From an uncultured Gammaproteobacteria bacterium (GTDB lineage: Bacteria; Patescibacteriota; Microgenomatia; Levybacterales; UBA12049): DNA of 64,000 nucleotides. Both the position numbers and the translations under genes were made by a program. Below, one piece after another: positions 47,518-56,319 of this stretch (the first letter of the stretch is position 1; each line of letters opens with the position of its first letter). The notes under the pieces were generated by a model that worked only from the letters and a program-made list of their open reading frames with translations, ran no database searches and was not told the origin of the DNA. The stretch is taken from the NCBI GenBank assembly GCA_964507055.1, contig CAZDOJ010000001.1, positions 337,313 through 401,312 on the forward strand, written 5' to 3'.

Positions 47518-50358
47518 ATGCACCTAAATCATTTGTCTCAATCTCAAAAAAAGATGATTTCCTATGGTGTTCTTCTCCTCTTTTTATTTATAATCCCTCT
47601 CAATATTATGTTGCTCGATCAGCAGAATGATGTCCGAAGCCGTGCGTCACAAGATCAATCCTTTGCAATTACTGCTCCAGCAGAAAATGGTACCGTGAAA
47701 TCAACAGTGACAATTTCTGCAAATGTTTCAATCCCGATTGGACATCATGGTGTGAAGTTCTTAGTTGATGGTGTTTCTGTCGGATCTGATGACACAGCTC
47801 CATATTTTGTGCAATGGGATTCAACAACTGCACCTGATGGAGAACATACAATTGTTGTAAAAGAAATTAATGAAGAAAAGCCTGATTCCGAACGATCATC
47901 CTCACCAATTAAAGTAAAAGTCATAAATGATCCCAATGATAGGACTGCGGCAGCAGTGAGTGCGATTCAAGAGGATGTCGTTCAGGACAACTTTGCCACA
48001 ATTGCATGGGATACTAACGATAAAGCTTCTTCACAGGTTATTTACAAAAAAGCTGGTGGAACTGATAAATATACTTCGGTAAACACAGTTTTGACTGATG
48101 ATCATTCAGTAGCACTCTCAAATTTGGAACCAAGTACAGAATATGTGTATCAGGTAAAAAGCACTGATGCTGCGGGAAATACGACGTTATCTGATGAGCA
48201 ATCATTTGTGACAGCAGCTGAATCAAACGAAACAATTGGCCAATGGCAAAAAGTAAGTGGATGGAACTTCCCTACTGTTCATGCGTCATTACTTTACACT
48301 GGTGAACTGATGCTCTGGAGCTGGAATCCATCCAATGCTGTGGACGGTACGCAACTATGGAACTACACAAATAACCAATTTACCAAAGTAGGAATTTCAA
48401 ATAACATCTTTTGTGCTGGACAAGCTATGCTTCCAGACGGACGACTTGTTGTTGCTGGTGGTCATATAAATAATAATGTTGGTACAAAAAATATCAATAT
48501 TTATGATCCTGGGACAAAGAAGTGGTCTGCTGGACCCATGATGAAAGATGGTCGTTGGTATCCGACTGTAAATGTCCTTGCAGATGGAAGAACCGTTATC
48601 CTAACTGGTGACATTAATACAAGTACACTTGCAGTTAATCCTGAAATTTACGATGAGAAAACAAATACTGTAACATCAATCCCAAACATCCAAACAAATA
48701 CACTCGCTGCTTATTCTGCAACATTTCCATTTGGTATGAATAAGCTATTTACTATCTCATATGGTAATGCGGATATGTATGTCTTGGACGCTGATGCAAA
48801 GACATGGACATATAAAGGAAAAGCACTCAATACAGGAGGAGCAACTGCACAATACAGACCAGGAAAAATTCTTATGTCAGGTGGACGAGCAGGTAGTGGT
48901 GCTGATAAAAAAGCTGCGATTATAGATATTACTGGAGGGAACTTTACATGGAAATCAGTGGCACCGATGCAATATGGACGATATTTCCACAATCTTGTAA
49001 ATCTTCCTGATGGAAAAGTACTGGCTGTCGGAGGAGGTTCCCCTGATACAAGTGGTACTACTGGACCTTTAGCAAATGAAATTTGGGATCCCGCTACAGA
49101 ACAATGGACAACAGTTGCTCCATTGAGTGTGAAGAGAATGTATCATTCAACTGCGATTCTTCTTCCTGATGGACGTGTCGTAGCATCTGGTGGAAGAAAT
49201 GGTAATGGAGAGAATTATGATGCAGAGATTTATTCTCCTCCATATCTTTTTAAAGGAAATAGACCAACAGTCTCTCAAGCACCGTCATCAATCAATAGAG
49301 GTTCTACAATAACGATAACCACATCAAATGCTTCAACGATCTCACAAGTTAATATGCTTTCTCTCGCTGCACAAACCCATACACACGATATGAGTCAGAG
49401 ATTTGTTCCGCTGCAATTTACGAAAATTGCAAATGGATTACAGGCACAAATCCCAAATGACGAAGCAGTTCTACCTGATGGATATTTTATGTTATTTATT
49501 GTAAATAGTGATGGTGTCCCTTCTGTTGCAAAAATGGTAAAGGTTACAGATCAAGTTGTACCGACCGCTACTCCAACTGTCGTACAACCAACTGCTACCA
49601 AAATACCAACCCCTACTCCTACAAAAACAGCCACGCCAACACCTACAAAGAAAGTAACTCCTACCCCAACACGTTCTGCATATCCGACATTTACTCCTAC
49701 ACCAGTGCCAACAAAGAAACCAACAGCAACAATTGTTCCTACATACACTCCTGCACCAACTCCTACACGAGTTCCTATTGTACGCCCAACTTTGCAGCCA
49801 ACGCCGACGATAAATCCTTCTACAACCAATTTGGCACTTTCTGTTGGATTGCATGGAATTGGTAAAGGTGGAGATAAAATTAGTAAAACATCCATTGGAA
49901 ATATGGATCCATTCCGCAAACAGCGTGTCTTTGAAGTGACTGTAAAGAATTTAGATAATGAGCGAGTGGCATCTGTTTCAGCGTTACTTACCTACAATGA
50001 TCAATTGGGAGTATATCTTGGCTATGCATCTGTTCCATCGCTTACTTCAGGGCAATACCAATTTGTTATCCGTACAGCAAATTATCTAGGACAATCTATT
50101 CCTGCTATACAAAACATTACACAGCAACAATCGAATACCCTTCCTGCGTTGTCACTCGTTGGCGGTGATACCAATAATGATAATAAAGTGAGTGTCTTAG
50201 ACTACAATCTAATTTTTGATTGCTTCAGTGACCTTACAGCCCCAAAGAACTGTACATTGGAGAAGCGTAATGCAACTGATTTGAACGATGATGGATATGT
50301 AAATCAGATTGATTACAATTTCTTCCTGCGAGAACTCTCAGTATTTGAAGGTAATTAA
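47518..50358 (+). CDS. secreted galactose-oxidase/glyoxal-oxidase-like copper-radical oxidase (kelch beta-propeller + DUF1929) with N-terminal Ig/FN3-like domains, a PT-rich linker and a C-terminal dockerin-like module
   Basis: NIFCAGQAMLPDGRLVVAGG corresponds to the galactose-oxidase Cys228 region (SMFCPG...IVVTGG). YHSTAILLPDGRVVASGG matches the Tyr495-His496 region. LPDGYFMLFIVNSDGVPSVAKMVKV matches the galactose-oxidase C-terminal domain. The dockerin-like repeats are GDTNNDNKVSVLDYNLI and DLNDDGYVNQIDYNFFL. Confidence 0.8.
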   Translation: MHLNHLSQSQKKMISYGVLLLFLFIIPLNIMLLDQQNDVRSRASQDQSFAITAPAENGTVKSTVTISANVSIPIGHHGVKFLVDGVSVGSDDTAPYFVQWDSTTAPDGEHTIVVKEINEEKPDSERSSSPIKVKVINDPNDRTAAAVSAIQEDVVQDNFATIAWDTNDKASSQVIYKKAGGTDKYTSVNTVLTDDHSVALSNLEPSTEYVYQVKSTDAAGNTTLSDEQSFVTAAESNETIGQWQKVSGWNFPTVHASLLYTGELMLWSWNPSNAVDGTQLWNYTNNQFTKVGISNNIFCAGQAMLPDGRLVVAGGHINNNVGTKNINIYDPGTKKWSAGPMMKDGRWYPTVNVLADGRTVILTGDINTSTLAVNPEIYDEKTNTVTSIPNIQTNTLAAYSATFPFGMNKLFTISYGNADMYVLDADAKTWTYKGKALNTGGATAQYRPGKILMSGGRAGSGADKKAAIIDITGGNFTWKSVAPMQYGRYFHNLVNLPDGKVLAVGGGSPDTSGTTGPLANEIWDPATEQWTTVAPLSVKRMYHSTAILLPDGRVVASGGRNGNGENYDAEIYSPPYLFKGNRPTVSQAPSSINRGSTITITTSNASTISQVNMLSLAAQTHTHDMSQRFVPLQFTKIANGLQAQIPNDEAVLPDGYFMLFIVNSDGVPSVAKMVKVTDQVVPTATPTVVQPTATKIPTPTPTKTATPTPTKKVTPTPTRSAYPTFTPTPVPTKKPTATIVPTYTPAPTPTRVPIVRPTLQPTPTINPSTTNLALSVGLHGIGKGGDKISKTSIGNMDPFRKQRVFEVTVKNLDNERVASVSALLTYNDQLGVYLGYASVPSLTSGQYQFVIRTANYLGQSIPAIQNITQQQSNTLPALSLVGGDTNNDNKVSVLDYNLIFDCFSDLTAPKNCTLEKRNATDLNDDGYVNQIDYNFFLRELSVFEGN
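49560..49800 (+). repeat. low-complexity Pro/Thr-rich linker-coding repeat inside the oxidase gene
   Basis: It encodes PTATPTVVQPTATKIPTPTPTKTATPTPTKKVTPTPT... This region is the source of the spurious Cys/Arg-rich and Gly/Val-rich antisense ORFs. Confidence 0.8.
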
Positions 50359-50395
50359 TACATAAAATTTACAAATCTCAAGTATAGTTGAAATT

Positions 50396-50785
50396 ATGTT
50401 TAAAGACACCAAAGCTTTTTCAGGATTCTCGGTAAACGATATGGACAAAGCGAAAGCGTTTTACGCTGAAGTACTTGGTTTAGAAATAAAAGATGAAGGA
50501 ATGGGAATTATTTCACTTCAAATTGCTGGGAGTAATCCTATCATTATTTATCCAAAATCCGATCATGCTCCGGCAACATTTACTATTCTCAATTTCCCAG
50601 TCGAAGATATTGACGAAGCAGTTGATGAACTTACACAAAAAGGTGTAAAGTTTGAACATTATAGTGGTGATCTTGCTCCAGATGAAAAAGGAGTTTTACG
50701 AGGTCTTTCTAACAACATGGGTCCCGATATTGCTTGGTTTAAAGATCCTGCTGGAAATATACTCTCTATTCTTCAAAATAAATAA
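50396..50785 (+). CDS. VOC (glyoxalase) family protein
   Basis: FSVNDMDKAKAFYAEVLGLEI...WFKDPAGN. Confidence 0.75.
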   Translation: MFKDTKAFSGFSVNDMDKAKAFYAEVLGLEIKDEGMGIISLQIAGSNPIIIYPKSDHAPATFTILNFPVEDIDEAVDELTQKGVKFEHYSGDLAPDEKGVLRGLSNNMGPDIAWFKDPAGNILSILQNK

Positions 50786-50787
50786 TT

Positions 50788-51375
50788 ATGAATCAGCCTG
50801 AGATTTTCTTAGCTTCAGAGAAAGTTTTGTCTCATATCGTTTCTCAAATACGTGAAGATCAATGGGATCTTAAAGCACCCAAAGAAATGGTTTTTGATGG
50901 AACAGATACATGGACTGTTCGTACTCTTATTAATTACCATGCATATGATGATGCCTGGGTTCCTGATGTTTTGGATGGTAAAACCAAAGAAGAAGTTGGT
51001 ACAAAATATGATAAAGATTTGTTAGGCAAAAATCCTCTTATAAGCTGGAATGCTCTTGTAGAAAAAGCATCAAATGCGGCACAGAATACTGATTTAAAAA
51101 AGAATGTTCATTTATCGTATGGAGATTATTCAGCAGAAGAATATCTGTATCACATTTCCCTTTTTCGTACGCTTAGAACCGTTGATTTTGCAAGATTTTT
51201 AGGTTTTGATGATAGCTTGCCTGAAGACTTAGCTCAAGGTATGTACGAGTATGTCGAAAAGAATGCAGATTATTTGCGAAGTATTGGCGTTATTGGTCAA
51301 GAAATACAAGTTCCTTCAGATGCACTTTATTACGATCGCCTCATGGGAATTACAGGAAGACTACTGCACAGATAA
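50788..51375 (+). CDS. DinB_2/TIGR03086-like (maleylpyruvate-isomerase-N-terminal-like) protein
   Basis: Soluble, 195 aa, starting 3 bp after the VOC stop. The family call is tentative. Confidence 0.35.
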   Translation: MNQPEIFLASEKVLSHIVSQIREDQWDLKAPKEMVFDGTDTWTVRTLINYHAYDDAWVPDVLDGKTKEEVGTKYDKDLLGKNPLISWNALVEKASNAAQNTDLKKNVHLSYGDYSAEEYLYHISLFRTLRTVDFARFLGFDDSLPEDLAQGMYEYVEKNADYLRSIGVIGQEIQVPSDALYYDRLMGITGRLLHR

Positions 51376-51419
51376 TACTACTTGACATATACTTGATTAA
51401 TCAAGTATTATATATTCAT

Positions 51420-51848
51420 ATGAAAGATATTAGTACATCATTATCATTTTTGTTGTCGATGGCAAAGGTCCAAACACTTCTTACAAGAAGATTCGATACA
51501 GGTTTGGGTGGACTTAGCTATACAGAATTTATGATTCTTTATTATTTAAGTGTCTCTCCAGACCAGAAACTAAAAAGAATTGATCTTGCCAACAAAGTGG
51601 GCCTCACTGCTTCGGGCATAACGAGACTTCTTCTTCCTATGGAAAAGATAGGTTTGGTCAGCAAAGAGGTCAATGAACGAGATGCACGGGTAAGTTTTGT
51701 TATTATTGCTCCTGGTGGTAAAGCAAAATTAGATGATGCATCACAAAGAGCAGAACTTATCGCAGAAGAAACTATTCCAGAATCTCGAAAAAAAGATATC
51801 GAAACATTCGCTGCTCTTCTGCAAGAAGTAAAAGGCACGATTAATTAA
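51420..51848 (+). CDS. MarR-family transcriptional regulator
   Basis: LSYTEFMILYYLS...RIDLANKVGLTASGITRLLLPMEKIGLVSKEVNERDARV is a MarR winged HTH. Confidence 0.75.
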   Translation: MKDISTSLSFLLSMAKVQTLLTRRFDTGLGGLSYTEFMILYYLSVSPDQKLKRIDLANKVGLTASGITRLLLPMEKIGLVSKEVNERDARVSFVIIAPGGKAKLDDASQRAELIAEETIPESRKKDIETFAALLQEVKGTIN

Positions 51849-52183
51849 TCTTTACTTGGAGTGTTAGCAAGCTCAAGCATTTTTAATTCCTCTCTGGCCT
51901 TCATCGTTTTTCCGTATTGTTGCGAGATTTGATTATTTCTTTCAAGGATACTTGGTGCACCTTCCGTTTGTAGATGTGGGTCTATGAGAATCTCTTCAGA
52001 AACTTTCTTCGTTTTATCAGCTTGAATAAAAGCAAAGGTTGCTGCAGCAAAAAGTACGAGAGAAAGACCGAAGTAAAGGAAATTACCTCCATCATTGAGG
52101 GTGTTAAGGAAGAGGTAAAAGAGATACACGCCTGCACTTATAGATATCACCCCACCCATAGATTTAAAGAATTTCTTTTTCAT
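51845..52183 (-). CDS. small 2-TM membrane protein
   Basis: Two hydrophobic helices and a charged C-terminus. Confidence 0.4.
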   Translation of the reverse strand: MKKKFFKSMGGVISISAGVYLFYLFLNTLNDGGNFLYFGLSLVLFAAATFAFIQADKTKKVSEEILIDPHLQTEGAPSILERNNQISQQYGKTMKAREELKMLELANTPSKD

Positions 52184-52244
52184 TGCTTATATTAGGTTAT
52201 AAAAATATTGAGAATTTTGCAATGTTATTTGCTATATTAAAGAA

Positions 52245-52769
52245 GTGATAAACGCAGAGGAATTACTATTTGTTGTGGATGAAGACAATAATCCCTTATC
52301 TCCTCTTCCACGAGCTCAAGTACATGCAGCAGGTCATTGGCATAGAACTTCGCATATATGGATAGCAAATAAAAAGCTAGAAATACTTTGTCAACGACGT
52401 TCTCAGTTAAAAGATACGAATCCAGGCTATTGGGAGCCATTCTTTGGCGGACATATGGGACCAGAAGAAACATACGAATTAAATGCTATAACCGAGTTAC
52501 AAGAAGAACTAGGAATTTCTATTTCAACTGAGGGTCTAATTCCTTATCTTGTCTATAAAAGAACTAAGGCGAAAGAGTTTCAGGGAATATTTTATATAAT
52601 TTGGAATGGAAAAATTAGTGAACTAACTTTAGAAAAAGATGAGGTCGATGAGGTCAAATTTATTCCAACAAGCTATATTAAGATGCATATTCAAAACAAA
52701 ACTCATTTGTGGTCTTTTCAGGGATATGAATTAGATTTGTTAAGAAAACTGGAAGAACTTAAATATTAG
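52245..52769 (+). CDS. Nudix hydrolase
   Basis: The Nudix box GGHMGPEETYELNAITELQEELGI matches G-x5-E-x7-R/A-E-x2-E-E-x-G-I. Confidence 0.8.
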   Translation: MINAEELLFVVDEDNNPLSPLPRAQVHAAGHWHRTSHIWIANKKLEILCQRRSQLKDTNPGYWEPFFGGHMGPEETYELNAITELQEELGISISTEGLIPYLVYKRTKAKEFQGIFYIIWNGKISELTLEKDEVDEVKFIPTSYIKMHIQNKTHLWSFQGYELDLLRKLEELKY

Positions 52770-53586
52770 CCTTAGGATCCTTCTCTCGGATTTGAAACTT
52801 TAGTGCATTGAGGACGTCATATTTGGCTACAATATCATCTAAAAGCATTCGTTCAGTTTCAGCAAAGATATTTTCAGTTCGTTTTTTTGCTCGTTCAATT
52901 TTTTCCATCCAACCATACCATTCAGAGTCTTTTAATGCTCTAAATTCTTCTTTTTGTAGTTCAATATCGTTCATTATTGTTAAAAGAATTTCCTCGAGAT
53001 TATCAATACTTGTCTCTTCTTGAACTATATTCTCTTTATCAATTTTTTCTAACTGATCATAATCACCTTCCTGATAAGAACGGTTAATTTGTTTCATGAT
53101 AGTGTCTCTTTTCTTCTTCTCTTCAGAATCTTGTACGAGATCTGGATGAAAGCGAGCAATAAGTTTCTTCCAAAGTTTTTTTAAATCAAGCTTATTCTCA
53201 TCATCTGTATTTTCTTCCCGTTTCTTCATAATTTGCTCATCTTCGTTAATCCTTTTTTGCTCGCGTTCGAATTCCACTTGTTGTGCGTAAAATGTTTGGG
53301 CTAACTCTTCAGCAGCCTGATCGAAGGACATTCCATCTTCCATGAGTTTCAGAATATTCTTATATCGAATTATTTCAAGGTCAAGATGATTATCTTTAAG
53401 GAAAAGACTTCCCACTTTTACCATATATTCTTGTTTGGCCATTTCCAGACTGACACGAAGTGTTTCTGTTTTAATAACAAGTTGTTCGAGGACAAATCTT
53501 CTTTTTTGGATAGCTGTTAACAGTTTTTTTCTCTTTGCTGTTTCTTTTTGTTCAGAAGCGATTGTTTCAATAGCGAGTTGCGTCAT
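52759..53586 (-). CDS. J-domain-like (DnaJ-type HPD motif) charged coiled-coil protein
   Basis: LKKLWKKLIARFHPDLVQDSEEKKKRDTIMKQINRSYQ resembles a J-domain helix II-HPD-helix III. The rest of the protein is E/K-rich coiled coil. Confidence 0.45.
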   Translation of the reverse strand: MTQLAIETIASEQKETAKRKKLLTAIQKRRFVLEQLVIKTETLRVSLEMAKQEYMVKVGSLFLKDNHLDLEIIRYKNILKLMEDGMSFDQAAEELAQTFYAQQVEFEREQKRINEDEQIMKKREENTDDENKLDLKKLWKKLIARFHPDLVQDSEEKKKRDTIMKQINRSYQEGDYDQLEKIDKENIVQEETSIDNLEEILLTIMNDIELQKEEFRALKDSEWYGWMEKIERAKKRTENIFAETERMLLDDIVAKYDVLNALKFQIREKDPKANI

Positions 53587-53633
53587 AATCGAGTTTGTAT
53601 CATACCATACCTCGTTAAGAAACAGGTAACAAG

Positions 53634-54404
53634 CTATTGTGAGGAAAACTTTAAGAGCTCAGAAACCGTAACAAATGTATAGCCTTTCTTTTTTAGTTCT
53701 TTAATAATTGGCTCAATCGCTTCACGATCACTCACGCAAGATTTACAAAATGGATGGAGTAGAATAATAGAACCTGGTTTTGTATTCTCTACAGTATAAT
53801 TTACAATAAAATCCGCTTTTTTCTCGGAGCTGAGACTTTGATTTATATAGGTATCTGGTTCAATATCCCAGGTTATCGTTTTAATATTGTGCTTATTAAG
53901 GTAATAAGGCAGTCCCAAAAGTTTTTTACCGTTTGGAGGACGAAATGTTATTTCCTTTTTATATCCTGTTTTGCGAATTAGTTCGTTGGTTTTTTGAATT
54001 TCCTGATCAATATAAGATTGCGATTTAAAATAGAATCTTTCATGCGAAAATGAATGATTGCCCAGTTCCATACCCGCATTCGTGATTGCCTGAGCTTCTT
54101 TTTGATGTAATGCTATCTCAGAACCGATCATATAAAAAGTTGCTTTGGTATTATTCTTTTTTAGAGTAGTTAATACTTCGTTGCTATATTCGGTGGGTGC
54201 ATCATCAAATGTAAGTGCGACAATTTTCTGTTCCGTTTGTACTCGAGATGTTAAACCTCCGAAAAACTGAAATGTTCTTGATTTACTTATTTCAAAAAGT
54301 GTGTACGCAGTCCCAATAAGAAAAACTATTCCTAATGAGCTCGCGATTATATATTTTTTCCAATGCATACAATATATTATAGTAAAGAACGCTGCTATTG
54401 ACAT
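53634..54404 (-). CDS. polysaccharide deacetylase (NodB-homology, CE4) family protein
   Basis: VALTFDDAP (the TFDD motif 1), the HSFSH motif, an N-terminal TM anchor and a C-terminal LHPF. Confidence 0.8.
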   Translation of the reverse strand: MSIAAFFTIIYCMHWKKYIIASSLGIVFLIGTAYTLFEISKSRTFQFFGGLTSRVQTEQKIVALTFDDAPTEYSNEVLTTLKKNNTKATFYMIGSEIALHQKEAQAITNAGMELGNHSFSHERFYFKSQSYIDQEIQKTNELIRKTGYKKEITFRPPNGKKLLGLPYYLNKHNIKTITWDIEPDTYINQSLSSEKKADFIVNYTVENTKPGSIILLHPFCKSCVSDREAIEPIIKELKKKGYTFVTVSELLKFSSQ

Positions 54405-54432
54405 GACCTTATAAGTTTGTGATGCTAGAGAT

Positions 54433-54600
54433 ATGGAAAACGAATCATCTACACAATCTGTTCAGCAACAAACGAACGTAACTGAAGAAAAGAAAGAGCG
54501 TGTTGATGAATTGGATATTGTTGGAGGAGCTTTAGTCAAAGTTGTTATGGAAGGATTTGCAAAAATAAAGAATCTTTTTTCGCCCAAACATACAGAGTAG
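54433..54600 (+). CDS. possible 55-aa acidic small protein
   Basis: MENESSTQSVQQQTNVTEEKKERVDELDIVGGALVKVVMEGFAKIKNLFSPKHTE. It sits in an otherwise unexplained 480-bp intergenic region. Confidence 0.2.
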   Translation: MENESSTQSVQQQTNVTEEKKERVDELDIVGGALVKVVMEGFAKIKNLFSPKHTE

Positions 54601-54691
54601 CCTCGGAATGTAATAATTTTCACAAATTATACATACTTGATTTTGATTGCTAATTCAATCTAAATAAGAATTTTTAGCCTTATATATTTAC

Positions 54692-54722
54692 TTGACATCG
54701 GTGTGAAAACATATGCTAATAT
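54692..54722 (+). promoter_or_regulatory. candidate promoter TTGACA-N19-TAATAT upstream of the HAD hydrolase gene
   Basis: TTGACA at 54692..54697 and TAATAT at 54717..54722. The spacer is long, so the call is weak. Confidence 0.3.
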
Positions 54723-54770
54723 ATTATTATATTCAGTTTTTCATGCCTGAATGATTGAATATTTACCCTA

Positions 54771-54833
54771 AGAGCATTGCTTGTCGTACCTGAACTTATC
54801 ATTTTGAGTAACGAAAGTGATGCTCTTTTTTTT
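54771..54833 (+). terminator. long imperfect hairpin (AGAGCAT...ATGCTCT) followed by an 8-T run, inside the 5' leader of the HAD gene; candidate attenuator or intrinsic terminator
   Basis: The 7-bp arms at 54771..54777 and 54820..54826 enclose about 42 nt. T8 follows at 54826..54833, 54 nt before the ATG at 54887. Confidence 0.3.
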
Positions 54834-54886
54834 ATCTAAAATTTCTCCATCTACAAATTCTTTGGACTCTGCTATACTTTTACTAC

Positions 54887-55549
54887 ATGAACAAAGCCTT
54901 TATTTTTGATATGGATGGTGTTCTCGTCGCAAGTGAGCATCTTTGGCATCAATATCTTGAAGAGGTTTGGCCTGAACTTGTGGGTCAAGAAGTAGCTGCA
55001 GTATTTAGAGTCCCTGTAGGACAAACTCCTTTAAGTATCCACGCGGAAGCTGTTAAACATGGCTCCACAGTATCTCAAGAAGTATTTCTTAAAAAGTTTG
55101 ATGAGATAGCGGCTCGTGTTTATAAGGAGTCTTTATATACTCATGGAGTTGAGGAGCTTGGAGAGTTTCTTCTCAAGAAGAATTATAAAATGGGTGTTGT
55201 ATCATCGTCCCCGAGAGCATGGATGGATGTCGTATTAAAAGGATTATCATTTGGAGATAAAATTGAAGCGGTCATCTCAATTAATGACAATCCCGAATTA
55301 AAGCCAAAACCACATCCAGGTAGCTACATTGAAGCAATAGACCAACTAAAAGCAGCTTCAGAGACGACAATTGTTCTTGAAGACTCGAACTCTGGTATTC
55401 AAGCAGCAAAAGCTGCAGGTGTTTATACAATAGGCTTAACGACGAACTTACTTCCAGAGTATACACAACATGGTGCAGATATCTATGCAAATACAATTAA
55501 TGACATTATGCGGATTGTTGAAGAGTTTGATAGAAATCTTTCGAGCTAA
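54887..55549 (+). CDS. HAD-superfamily hydrolase (beta-phosphoglucomutase-like subfamily IA)
   Basis: FIFDMDGVLVASE (motif I), VVSSS (motif II) and EDSNSGIQAAKAAG (motif IV). Confidence 0.8.
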   Translation: MNKAFIFDMDGVLVASEHLWHQYLEEVWPELVGQEVAAVFRVPVGQTPLSIHAEAVKHGSTVSQEVFLKKFDEIAARVYKESLYTHGVEELGEFLLKKNYKMGVVSSSPRAWMDVVLKGLSFGDKIEAVISINDNPELKPKPHPGSYIEAIDQLKAASETTIVLEDSNSGIQAAKAAGVYTIGLTTNLLPEYTQHGADIYANTINDIMRIVEEFDRNLSS

Positions 55550-56319
55550 TCAGCTACTTTCATCGATTCCGATACGTTATATTTTCCCACTGAAGTTCTA
55601 AAAATATCCAATGCTATAGCCCCACATCCCAATTCATTTCCTAAATCATTGATGAGTCCTCGAATATATGTACCACTAGAACAACTTACTTTACATTTTA
55701 TAATTTGATATTTTGTCTGATAGGTTGTTTCGAAAAAAATTCTCCAATGATTCTTTATATCATCCTGACGGAAATCTCCGTGAACGCTATCAATATTATC
55801 AAAAATCCTATCTTTCAAAGCTTCCTTACCTATAAATTTCGTATCAATTAATGCAAATTGCGTTATAGAAATATCCCTTTTGGGTATTTCTATTTCTTCC
55901 AACCTATTTTCCTTTGCCCATTGAAATAATGGTTTTCCTTGGACAGCTTTTGATGAAAATGGTGGATAAGTCTGTGAGCTCATATTTAAAGCCTTATTTA
56001 CATATTCATTTACAATAGAGTTTACATTAATCTCTCTACTAATATTTTCTTGTGGCTGCAAGAGTCCTAAGATGTCATAAGTATCAGTAGATACACCTAA
56101 TAAAGCTTGAAACTCATAAACTTTTGGCAAATTGAGATACCGTTCTTTCTCCTTAATTGCTTCATCAACGACAATGAGTAAAACACCGTGTGCCAAAGGG
56201 TCCAACCTCCCTGCATAGGTCATAGAGAGGTTCGCATATTCTTTTTGTTTTTTAAGAAGATGTATCATCTCAAGTGGAGTTTTAGCGAGGGGTTTATAAA
56301 TGTTAAGAACAGTTTTCAT
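55546..56319 (-). CDS. truB: tRNA pseudouridine(55) synthase
   Basis: AGRLDPLAHGVLLIVVDEA matches the GTLDPxAxGVL catalytic-Asp motif. A C-terminal PUA-like tail is present. Confidence 0.75.
   Translation of the reverse strand: MKTVLNIYKPLAKTPLEMIHLLKKQKEYANLSMTYAGRLDPLAHGVLLIVVDEAIKEKERYLNLPKVYEFQALLGVSTDTYDILGLLQPQENISREINVNSIVNEYVNKALNMSSQTYPPFSSKAVQGKPLFQWAKENRLEEIEIPKRDISITQFALIDTKFIGKEALKDRIFDNIDSVHGDFRQDDIKNHWRIFFETTYQTKYQIIKCKVSCSSGTYIRGLINDLGNELGCGAIALDIFRTSVGKYNVSESMKVAD

Noticed and set aside
49492-49919. Cys/Trp/Arg-rich and Gly/Val-rich antisense ORFs (49492..49854 and 49551..49919)
   Set aside because: They lie antisense to the Pro/Thr-linker-coding repeat of the oxidase gene. 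Low-complexity repeats generate long spurious reverse-strand ORFs, and there is no independent coding signal.
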